Positions 55,557 to 64,000 of a DNA stretch of 64,000 nt are shown here, in pieces. The notes under the pieces are model-generated. The model was not told the origin of the DNA, searched no databases, and was given only the letters and a program-made list of their open reading frames with translations. Numbering within the stretch: position 1 is the first letter of the stretch; each line of letters opens with the position of its first letter. The stretch is from Candidatus Poribacteria bacterium (GTDB taxonomy: Bacteria; Poribacteria; WGA-4E; PCPOR2b), in NCBI GenBank assembly GCA_965208675.1, contig OZ242351.1, positions 3,040,001 to 3,104,000 on the forward strand, written 5' to 3'. Made by a program: the position numbers and the translations under genes.

Positions 55557-55713
55557 TGGCGTTCGAGGAAAAAAATGACTCAAAATCTTGAAGGAGGTAA
55601 ATCGGTGGATGTAGGAGCAAGACCTTTAATTCACGGAGGCTAATCAGATAACTCCATAGACCGTTTCACTTTGCCGCCAGTCTGGTCTTGCCGCCAGTTC
55701 TACTAGAGTAGGT

Positions 55714-57933
55714 ATGATTAACAAACCGTCAGTTGTTCTATTCCTTGCCCTGTGTATTTTAGTGAATTGTTGTATGGTTTCAAATCTACATGCGGACACT
55801 GTTTTGGAAGGCGCACTCGCGTTGATAGACCAAGAAAACTACGCTGAGGCCGCCCTACAATTAGAACCGCTGCTGCAAACATCAATTCAAGAATTGAATG
55901 TAAATTCGGAGGAAATTCATCACGTCCTCGCACACTGCTACGAAAAACAGGAAAAATGGAACGAGGCCGTCCAACATTACCAAAAAGCCGTTGCGCCCGC
56001 CAATGAGTTGGCTGATTATGCACTTTTTCGGCTAGCCAAAGCATATCATCAAATGGGCGATTATCCAAGCGCGCTAATCTGGTATCAACGTTTAATTGAT
56101 GAATATCCACGAAGTTTCCATTTCGGCGAAGCGAATTTTGAGATTGCAAAGGTGTACCAACAGCAGAACGACTATGAAAAAGCGCTCGACTCTTTGTCTA
56201 ACTTGATAGACAACAAAGGGAGCGGCTATGTTAGGCAATCACTTTATGAACGAGGATTGGTTTACGAAGCATTGGGTAAACGGAAGCAAGCCTTACTCAC
56301 TTATCAACAACTTACCAATGCCGATCCAACCGACGAGGTCGCCAAGAACGCACTGGATCGAATTAAGAAACTAGTGAAAGCACATCCTAATTATAAAATT
56401 AGTCGTACCCAACGCATGAACCAGGGGTTAGTGCTTTACCATCATAGCAACTGGGCAGGGGCTCGCGCAGAATTTGAAAGAGTTGCAGCCGGTTACAAGG
56501 ATTCACTCGCAGGTCGAGCTACCTACTATGTCGGTCGGAGTTACTACCGGCAGCGGCGGTACGATTCCGCAATCAAGGCATTCAACAAGGTGGGTTCGCT
56601 GTACCCGGAAAGCGGTTATTTGACGCGGGCGCTATATCAAACAACACTTTGCTATCGCCGCTCGGAACAGCCCGATATGGCGCAAAAGCGGTTAAAAGCT
56701 TTCCTCGAACAATACGCGTGGAGTGCGTTAGCGGATGATGCGCATTACGATCTCGGTTGGGTGCAACAGAACCAAGAACAATATGACGAAGCAATCGCGA
56801 CCTATCGCCGCATGACACAGAAATATCGCAGCAGCGATTTAGTATCCCAAGCATATTGGCGCATTGGATGGATTCAATTTAAGAAAAAACGATATGCAGA
56901 GTGCATCGAAACCTTCGCCGCCTTGCTGGAACAATACCCAGACAGTGCGTTTAGCACAGCCGCGCACTTTTGGATAGCCAAGAGTCACGAGCGTCAGAAT
57001 CAGTGGGAAGCAGCCGAAAAAGTGTACCGCGAAAACGTTGCAGCCAACCACTGGTATTATGCGGACCGAGCACGGGCTATCCTTAAGAATGGGCCTCAGG
57101 GAGGTGTAGTCTCTCTGAACACCACTGAATCACGGGCAAATGTCGCGCCCAACAATTCGGTCTGGAAAGATATCGGATCAAAGAAAACGCCGCGCGCTGC
57201 AAAATTGATGCAGCTCAGGCTTTACGAAGATGCGCTCACCGAACTCAAGGGAACCATTCGTGTTGATAGGTCCAACCTTCAAGATAGTTACTATAACCTG
57301 ATTGTCTGCTATCAGAAACTCAAAGAATTTCAGAAAGCAATCATATATGCGGATAAGCTGGCAAGTTTTGAAATGCTGCAAGATGAAAACGAAGCTATTC
57401 CAATCGAACTGTACCAACTGCGTTATCCGCTCTATTACGGAGAAATCATCCAGAGGCATTCACAAGCATACGAGATTGACCCGCTGTTCGTGGCTTCCAT
57501 GATTCGTGAAGAGAGCCGTTATAATGCAGATATCGCTTCTTGGGCGGGAGCGCTGGGATTAATGCAAATCATGCCTGCAACCGGTCAGGATCTCGCCCGG
57601 CGTCTCAGAATTCGCCACTTCCGCACTGCCATGCTTCTGAATCCGGAGATAAACATTCAGATGGGCACATGGTACATGAAACACCTGATGGATAAATTTG
57701 AAAACAACCATGCGCTCGTTGCCGGAGCATACAACGGCGGTCCCGGCCGCATTCAACGATGGTTAAATGAAATGGACGTTTCCGATTTCGACGAATTCAT
57801 TGAGGATATTTCGATTACTGAAACCCGCCGCCATATCAAGAAAGTCATCGATAGCTACCGCATCTATAAGGAACTCTACTCAGAACACAATCTTCCCGCG
57901 GCGCCCCCAAAAATTATAGGTGACAAGGGGTAA
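55714..57933 (+). CDS. slt: soluble lytic murein transglycosylase (TPR + SLT domain)
   Basis: MIREESRY, GALGLMQIMP, AYNGG, ETRRHIKKV. Confidence 0.9.
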   Translation: MINKPSVVLFLALCILVNCCMVSNLHADTVLEGALALIDQENYAEAALQLEPLLQTSIQELNVNSEEIHHVLAHCYEKQEKWNEAVQHYQKAVAPANELADYALFRLAKAYHQMGDYPSALIWYQRLIDEYPRSFHFGEANFEIAKVYQQQNDYEKALDSLSNLIDNKGSGYVRQSLYERGLVYEALGKRKQALLTYQQLTNADPTDEVAKNALDRIKKLVKAHPNYKISRTQRMNQGLVLYHHSNWAGARAEFERVAAGYKDSLAGRATYYVGRSYYRQRRYDSAIKAFNKVGSLYPESGYLTRALYQTTLCYRRSEQPDMAQKRLKAFLEQYAWSALADDAHYDLGWVQQNQEQYDEAIATYRRMTQKYRSSDLVSQAYWRIGWIQFKKKRYAECIETFAALLEQYPDSAFSTAAHFWIAKSHERQNQWEAAEKVYRENVAANHWYYADRARAILKNGPQGGVVSLNTTESRANVAPNNSVWKDIGSKKTPRAAKLMQLRLYEDALTELKGTIRVDRSNLQDSYYNLIVCYQKLKEFQKAIIYADKLASFEMLQDENEAIPIELYQLRYPLYYGEIIQRHSQAYEIDPLFVASMIREESRYNADIASWAGALGLMQIMPATGQDLARRLRIRHFRTAMLLNPEINIQMGTWYMKHLMDKFENNHALVAGAYNGGPGRIQRWLNEMDVSDFDEFIEDISITETRRHIKKVIDSYRIYKELYSEHNLPAAPPKIIGDKG

Positions 57934-57955
57934 AAACCTTCAACCAATTTCGGCG

Positions 57956-59080
57956 ATGCCAACAATCATGATCGTTGCCGGAGAGCCATCCGGCGATCTG
58001 CATGCCTCTCGCGTTGCGTCCAAACTCAACGACCTTGCTCCCGGTATCCATCTCGTCGGTATGGGGGGAGATTTGATGGAACAGTCCGGCGTCAGCCTAA
58101 TCTTTCACATTCGCGACTCCGCCGTAATGGGGTTTGGCGAAGTTGTTGCTTCCATACCCGCATTTCTGAAGAAACGCAGACATCTAAAGCGATACATCCG
58201 CGAAACAAAACCTGACGCCCTGCTCTTGGTAGATTTCGCCGAATTTAACGTAGGGTTAGCGCGTTTCGCCAATCGACAGAGTATTCCCGTAATCTACTAC
58301 ATTCCTCCCAAAGCTTGGGCGTGGCGTCCGCATCGCGCCAAAAAGATAGCCAAATACGCTACTATCGTTGCATCAATCTTTCCTTTCGAGGCAACATTCT
58401 ACCGTCATGCGGGCGCAAACACGACGTTTGTAGGGCATCCACTCGTGGACTTCGCCCAATCAAACCTGAGTCGCGAGGAAGCCCGCCGCACGCTGAACTT
58501 ACGCGAAAACTCGCCCGTCCTAGGGTTAATGCCGGGCAGCCGCCGCCGGGAAGTTGACCGGTTACTCCCAGTCATGCTAGAGGCCGCCCGACACATCCGC
58601 GAATCCGTGCCGGATTGTCAGTTTATCCTTCCGCTCGCACCTAGTATCCATCCGGAGTCCCTGCCGAAAATGCCGTTCGTAAACCTTGTTAAAGGGAACA
58701 CCTATGATTCAATGAGAGCCTCAGACCTGATGATGATAGCATCGGGGACAGCCACTCTCGAAGCAGCCTGTTTAGGAACTCCGATGATCGTACTATATAA
58801 AATGTCGCGGTCGAGTTGGTGGATTATAAAATCGCTCGCTGCCATAGACAGGAGCGCTTTGCCGAACATCATCGCAGGGCGGGAAATCGTTCCGGAACTC
58901 CTCCAGAACGATGCACAACCGTCGCAAATTACCCCCATTGCGCTTAAGTTGCTGCAGTCTTTAGAAGCGCGGCAATCTCAACAGGAGGAACTCCGCAAGG
59001 TTCACGCACAACTTGGCAATCCCGGTGCGGCTGAGCGTACAGCCCAGATAGTCCTAGATTGCCTAGCAATTACACCTTAA
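57956..59080 (+). CDS. lpxB: lipid-A-disaccharide synthase
   Basis: VAGEPSGDLH, WAWR, IFPFE, VGHPL, PGSR..E, SGTATLE, PELLQ. Confidence 0.96.
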   Translation: MPTIMIVAGEPSGDLHASRVASKLNDLAPGIHLVGMGGDLMEQSGVSLIFHIRDSAVMGFGEVVASIPAFLKKRRHLKRYIRETKPDALLLVDFAEFNVGLARFANRQSIPVIYYIPPKAWAWRPHRAKKIAKYATIVASIFPFEATFYRHAGANTTFVGHPLVDFAQSNLSREEARRTLNLRENSPVLGLMPGSRRREVDRLLPVMLEAARHIRESVPDCQFILPLAPSIHPESLPKMPFVNLVKGNTYDSMRASDLMMIASGTATLEAACLGTPMIVLYKMSRSSWWIIKSLAAIDRSALPNIIAGREIVPELLQNDAQPSQITPIALKLLQSLEARQSQQEELRKVHAQLGNPGAAERTAQIVLDCLAITP

Positions 59081-59182
59081 TGGACTAGCATAACTGTCTA
59101 AACATTGGGGGTAAGCAAAAACTTTATGTCACCACTGCGGACCGTTCCGCAGTTCAAAGTGTTACTTAATGGCTATCTTATG

Positions 59183-59447
59183 AGCAAATTGTGTGCCAAG
59201 ACGAATATTTCCCCGCAATTCAAGCTCCGTTTGGACTCGGAAACCCTTGTGTGACAAGGGATCTGGGCAGTTAATTTTTTTTCAGACTGAGACGGCAGCG
59301 TCCTGACGCGGTAGGCAAAGGGGTGCGCCAAATGTCCACACGATTCGGTAAAATTGGGGAGAAATAGCGCGTGAAGCCTTGCTAGGTAAGGGTTTTGGGG
59401 GATGTGCGCCAAAAGTGTGCAATAGCGCCAAATGTCGCACCCCTTTT
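59183..59447 (-). promoter_or_regulatory. sigma54 promoter + enhancer module, copy 1
   Basis: minus strand TTGGCACACAATTTGCT at 59183-59199; GCGCCAAATGTC(G)C palindromic sites; inverted homolog of 63265-63528. Confidence 0.7.
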
Positions 59448-59708
59448 GGCGAGAAGGAATGTCCGTAGAAGAAATCGAACCCGGCGCCGTTCAAAAATAC
59501 TAAGCTAAGCCTAGAACGCTCTGAAAGGAAACACAAGGTGTGTTAAAGCGGTCCAACCGATAGCTACCGGAGCGTCCACTGGAACTTGGAAGGATGGAAG
59601 TGTGGAGCGTATGGGATTGGAATTTTCGGAATTGCTGGGCTCACTTTAGAAGCGTTGCGTTTCGCCTTCCGCTCAATTCAAGCTACAAGAGTTTGTTCTA
59701 CTTCACTT

Positions 59709-60113
59709 TCACTCAATGAGATGCCCCATAAAAACGTAGATGTCCAGACTATACGGGTGATAGAATATCCATGCTCTCCGGTCATACTGGTCGATAAAAT
59801 CAAGGAATTTTTGTTTATCGCCTGGCGGAAAGTACCTGGCTGTAAGTTGTTCATCAACACTTCTGCTCCAATCATATTTTACATACTCTTCGAAACCTTC
59901 GGGCGCATGGTCGTATAGATTATAGGTACGTGTTACTTCCTCCATCTCCAAGGCAGGCGAGCCTAACCGTTCGTGTTCTTCCCCCTAATTTTCTCGGTCT
60001 GCTTTCCACGCGCAGTTTGAAAGACTGAGCGACAGCAACAAAAATCCAACCCCGGTAGCAATCATTGAAGTTGTCAAAAACTTGTGCCAGTAAAACTGTT
60101 TTTGTTCTTTCAT
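59709..60113 (-). pseudogene. lipoprotein-like gene with an in-frame TAG
   Basis: AGGAGG RBS, ATG 60113 MKEQKQ...LSLSNC, TAG at 59985-59987, continues in frame into ORF 59709-59951. Confidence 0.6.
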
Positions 60114-60312
60114 CGTGGCCTCCTAATTCTCCATAAACAATGATAAATCGCTGCAACACGCCATCGCAACGCTCCTCCGGAAAACAAGCATTTGAGAATT
60201 GGACAAAGGACTTGGAATCCGCCGCCATTCTCCCGGCTGCGAATCGCATATCGAAGATTTTAAGGAACTAACAGAATCGCGGTCTAGACAATATCGGCAA
60301 CAACAATCAACT

Positions 60313-60603
60313 TTACCCGGGACAGGCGCAAGGAACACATTCGCACTTAGGACATCCATCAGCATAAATCCGCGCGGCGTCCCCGAGATCGACATTCAGC
60401 AAACTCGCCAGTGTTGAAAGCCACGCGAACACGTCGGCCAACTCTTCCCGGAGGCGATTGGCGTTTTGAGGTTCACGGCGTATCTCCTTCGCAAGTTCGC
60501 CCACCTCTTCAGCGAACCAAACAAACGTCCGGTCCACGCCGCGTCCGGCATCCCGTTCAAAATAGATGCGCTCAATCAAACTCTGAAATTCTTGAATCGT
60601 CAT
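60313..60603 (-). CDS. MazG-like nucleotide pyrophosphohydrolase
   Basis: WFAEEVGELAKEIR..EELADV; C-terminal CPKC..PCAC. Confidence 0.88.
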   Translation of the reverse strand: MTIQEFQSLIERIYFERDAGRGVDRTFVWFAEEVGELAKEIRREPQNANRLREELADVFAWLSTLASLLNVDLGDAARIYADGCPKCECVPCACPG

Positions 60604-61718
60604 CGGTCAGCTATCGGCGGATAGGGTCTCGAATCGGGCCCGATGTAGTCGGCGCGTGGACGGATAAGCCTGTTATTGGTTCGCTGCTCTATGGCGTGAG
60701 CAGCCCAACCGGTAACCCGTGACATCACAAAGATTGGCGTAAACATCGGCGTTGGGATACCGCATAGATGATAGGCTGACGCGCTGTAGAAATCGAGGTT
60801 CGGGAACAGCTTCTTTTCTCGCCACATCACCTGTTCAATACGCTCGGAGATATCGTACAGTTTGGTGTCGCCGCTTCTCTCTGAGAGTTTCTGCGACCAC
60901 TCTTTAATAATATCCGAACGCGGATCTGAGGTCGTGTAGACACGGTGGCCGAAGCCCATAATCAAGGTCTTCTTCACTAACATGTCCAGAATAGCGGATT
61001 CCGCTTCGTCCGGCGTCTCAAATCGTTCAATCAACTCCATAGCGGCTTCGTTAGCGCCGCCGTGCAAGGGACCGCGCAGCGTACCAATGGCGGCGGTAAT
61101 TGCGGAATAAATGTCGGATAGCGTTGAAGTGGCGACACGGGTAGCAAAGGTTGAAGCGTTAAATTCGTGCTCTGCGTAAAGAATCAACGACACGTCGACA
61201 GCTTTGCGGCTGACTTCATCCGGCGGCTCACCGTGCAACAGATGGAGAAAATGTCCGGCGATTGTGTCATCATCTGTTTCGGTATTGATGCGCTCACCGT
61301 TCTTCTGGAAATGATACCAATAGAGCAGCATCGAACCGAAGCTGGCAGTAAGCCGATCCACGATATTAAGCTGATTGTTTGCCTCGTTTTCCGGCTCGAT
61401 TGTGCCCAGCGCTGAACAACCGGTACGCATGACATCCATCGGATGCGCATCGCCCGGCAACTGTTCAAGGACAGTTTTAATCCCGGCAGGCAGGCTGCGC
61501 ATACCTGCTAACCGCGCTTTGTAGTCATCAAACTCAGCCTGCGTAGGCAACGCGCCGTGAATCAACAGATAAGCGACTTCTTCAAAGGTCGCGTGCTCCG
61601 CTAAATCGTGAATGGAATACCCCCGGTAGTTGAGTCCTATTCCTTCTAGTCCTACCGTGCAAATTGAAGTTTCGCCGGCAGTAACGCCGGCTAACCCCCC
61701 CGGCTTTTTAGTTTTCAT
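60600..61718 (-). CDS. prpC: 2-methylcitrate synthase
   Basis: [34 protein letters not shown]; adjacent to prpB. Confidence 0.9.
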   Translation of the reverse strand: MKTKKPGGLAGVTAGETSICTVGLEGIGLNYRGYSIHDLAEHATFEEVAYLLIHGALPTQAEFDDYKARLAGMRSLPAGIKTVLEQLPGDAHPMDVMRTGCSALGTIEPENEANNQLNIVDRLTASFGSMLLYWYHFQKNGERINTETDDDTIAGHFLHLLHGEPPDEVSRKAVDVSLILYAEHEFNASTFATRVATSTLSDIYSAITAAIGTLRGPLHGGANEAAMELIERFETPDEAESAILDMLVKKTLIMGFGHRVYTTSDPRSDIIKEWSQKLSERSGDTKLYDISERIEQVMWREKKLFPNLDFYSASAYHLCGIPTPMFTPIFVMSRVTGWAAHAIEQRTNNRLIRPRADYIGPDSRPYPPIADR

Positions 61719-62631
61719 TGGGTTCTCCCTCGCTAAGAATGCTAGCAGTTGGCTCTGCGGTTAATAGTCGATCGAGTTTCTGTTCGTATTCGTGGTAGTT
61801 TAGGAACTCATACAACTCCGATCTCGTCTGCATGTTATGCACGGCATCTCTCTGTGTCCCCTGTTGGCGTATAGTTTGATACACATTGAGCGCAGCCGCG
61901 CTCATTGCGCGAAACGCGGACAGCGGATACAGCACTAACCTCACTCCTAACGCCTTGAGTTCGTCCGTCGTGAACAGCGGTGTCTTGCCGAACTCCGTCA
62001 TGTTCGCCAAGATTGGAATGTCAACCGCATCCGTAAACTGTCGATACTGGCTGAGTTCCGACATGGCTTCAGCGAAAATCATGTCCGCCCCTGCTTCCTT
62101 ATAACGACATGCGCGTTCAATCGTCTGTTCCAACCCTTCAACAGCAAGCGCATCAGTTCTCGCCATCAGTACAAAGTCCGAATCTGTCTTCGCATCAACC
62201 GCGGCTTTAATCCGATCCACCATCTCTGCAGCGCTCACAAGCTCCTTGTTAGGGCGGTGGCCGCAACGCTTCGCTTGCACCTGGTCCTCAATGTGTATCC
62301 CTGCGGCGCCAGCCTTAATCATCTGCTGCACGGTTCGAGCAATCATGAACGCGTTGCCCCAGCCGGTATCCGCATCAACCAGTAGCGGGAGTCCTGTCGC
62401 GCTGGTAATGCGGCGCACATCCGCTAGCACATCGTTCAAACTAGTCATGCCTAAATCGGGCAGCCCGTAAGAGGCGTTGGCAACACCGCCGCCGGAAAGA
62501 TAGATCGCCCGAAATCCCACGCGTTCCGCCATCAAAGCGGCGTACGCGTTGATGGCGCCGACGACCGCCAATGGGGTTTCTATAGATAACGCCTCGCGAA
62601 AACGCCCTCCCGCCGAAGATGTTTCGATCAT
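61708..62631 (-). CDS. prpB: methylisocitrate lyase
   Basis: [33 protein letters not shown]. Confidence 0.95.
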   Translation of the reverse strand: MIETSSAGGRFREALSIETPLAVVGAINAYAALMAERVGFRAIYLSGGGVANASYGLPDLGMTSLNDVLADVRRITSATGLPLLVDADTGWGNAFMIARTVQQMIKAGAAGIHIEDQVQAKRCGHRPNKELVSAAEMVDRIKAAVDAKTDSDFVLMARTDALAVEGLEQTIERACRYKEAGADMIFAEAMSELSQYRQFTDAVDIPILANMTEFGKTPLFTTDELKALGVRLVLYPLSAFRAMSAAALNVYQTIRQQGTQRDAVHNMQTRSELYEFLNYHEYEQKLDRLLTAEPTASILSEGEPNEN

Positions 62632-63264
62632 CTTTCATCTCCCCAATACAATCAAGCGAACGAATAGTGGGCGATCAATCGAACAGATAGTGAGGCCGAC
62701 AGGCTTCAAAACTGTAAATACTATCGCCCTCGTTATTCACTCGGTTGATCGGTATTATAATGAAAAACACCGTGCCTGTCAATTCATGCAAATTAACCTT
62801 TATGCGGTGCAGGACTTTCAACGCCACCCGCCGCATAGCAACCACGTAATAGCGGAATCCTAATTCCTTGTTTTCGCCTCCATAAAATTGGAATCGAAGA
62901 CTATCCAATACCGTCAAAACTTAACCTGCGAAAGCCCTTCTTAAAGTCTGTAAAAGGTCTCTCTTTGCAGAATAGGCCTTTTGAACTCTCGCGGTGTCGG
63001 AAAATCAACATGGTTCAGAGCATACACAAAAACAATCACATTGTCAACTCAGATGTGTTGTTCAGTTTCGGCTTGTCAAGTGATTTAGGTAAGCCCCGCT
63101 TTTCAGTAATCTTCGTTCATATTGCGCACATTCTCTTGAGCCTCGATCAAACATCATCAGATCACGAGTGAACCCGTGTGCTTTTCCCAACTTTGGTCGC
63201 CAATCTGTATCAATTTGCTACCTAATCTGTATCAAACTTATCCTCTCACCGATAACCATTCATT

Positions 63265-63528
63265 CAAAGGGGTGCGACATTTGGCGCTATTGCACACTTT
63301 GGCGCACAACCCCCAAACCCCTGTCTAGTAAGGGTTCGCCCGCTTCCTAACCCCAATTTTCCCAAATCGTGTAGACATTTGTCGCACCCCTTTGCAAATC
63401 TCGTCAGGACGTTGCCGCTCCAGTCTGAAAAAAAATTTAAATGCCCGTATCCCTTGATACATAAGGCTTTCCGAGTCCAAACCGAGTTCAAATGGACGCG
63501 GGATTTTAGCTTTGGCATAGAAATTGCT
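63265..63528 (+). promoter_or_regulatory. sigma54 promoter + enhancer module, copy 2
   Basis: TTGGCATAGAAATTGCT at 63512-63528, about 50 nt before the FGE-family gene. Confidence 0.75.
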
Positions 63529-63576
63529 TCCATTCCATGAAAACCCAATTCGTTGGGATTGAGGAGGATATCGATT

Positions 63577-64000
63577 GTGAAAAATATTGTTTTCTTCCTG
63601 CTGTTGTGTTTGATACCGAGTCAAGCACTGAGCGAAACACCAGAAGGAATGGTACGAGTACCTGCGGGCGAGTTTATCATGGGGACTGATGAGTCTCAAA
63701 CTCCTGTCGACCAACGTCCGGCGCACAAACTCTATCTAGACGCATTCTACATTGATAAACACGAAGTCACCAATGCCCAATTTGAAGAGTTTATTTTAGC
63801 AGGTGGTTATAAAAAGAAGAAGTATTGGACAGAGGCTGGCTGGGAGTTCATTCAGAAGGCTCGGTATTACTACCCCACACGGGAAACGTATCGTATTGAT
63901 GCCCCTCTAGCTTTTGGTGATAATGTCGTTTCAACTGCCCCAGACCATCCAGTCATCGGCGTAAGTTGGTATGAAGCCAACGCCTACGCAAAATGGGCTG
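63577..64000 (+). CDS. formylglycine-generating enzyme (FGE-sulfatase) family protein, truncated by the window end
   Basis: GAGGAGG RBS, GTG start, signal peptide, MVRVPAGEFIMG...FYIDKHEVTNAQF...HPVIGVSWYEA. Confidence 0.9.
   Translation, partial: MKNIVFFLLLCLIPSQALSETPEGMVRVPAGEFIMGTDESQTPVDQRPAHKLYLDAFYIDKHEVTNAQFEEFILAGGYKKKKYWTEAGWEFIQKARYYYPTRETYRIDAPLAFGDNVVSTAPDHPVIGVSWYEANAYAKWA

Noticed and set aside
59183-59447. CRISPR leader or array, suggested by AAACCCTTG..AAGGG motifs
   Set aside because: No repeat-spacer array or cas genes seen in the window.

Overview
Bacterial chromosome segment of about 50% GC. The gene content suggests Ca. Poribacteria or a similar lineage (inference): three DUF6785-like membrane paralogs, a PorV/UPF0164-like gene next to a T9SS-CTD-like protein, a PD40 protein with a W-G-x-L-K tail, and many GTAG-type REP-like repeats. 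Housekeeping genes: TPP riboswitch-thiC-thiO-thiS, guaA, pcrA/uvrD, gatC/gatA, S41 peptidase, hisF, slt, lpxB, prpB-prpC-mazG. There are two accessory regions: 1-4.6 kb (short phage-like ORFs) and about 31.7-46.4 kb (RecQ-UvrD fusion, creatininase, toxin-like cassette, dead Cre-like integrase). Main findings: (1) a secreted 'mini-RHS' cassette in which a signal peptide is fused directly to an RHS core with no YD repeats, followed by variable HEXXH metallopeptidase tips, with secreted HEAT-repeat partners and a transglutaminase-like gene; (2) an unannotated selenoprotein, an HMA-domain lipoprotein with UxxC and a SECIS-like hairpin, divergent from an 11-heme cytochrome c; (3) recurring sigma54 promoter/enhancer modules, including an inverted pair of about 270 bp, several pointing at no annotated gene; (4) several candidate structured ncRNAs.
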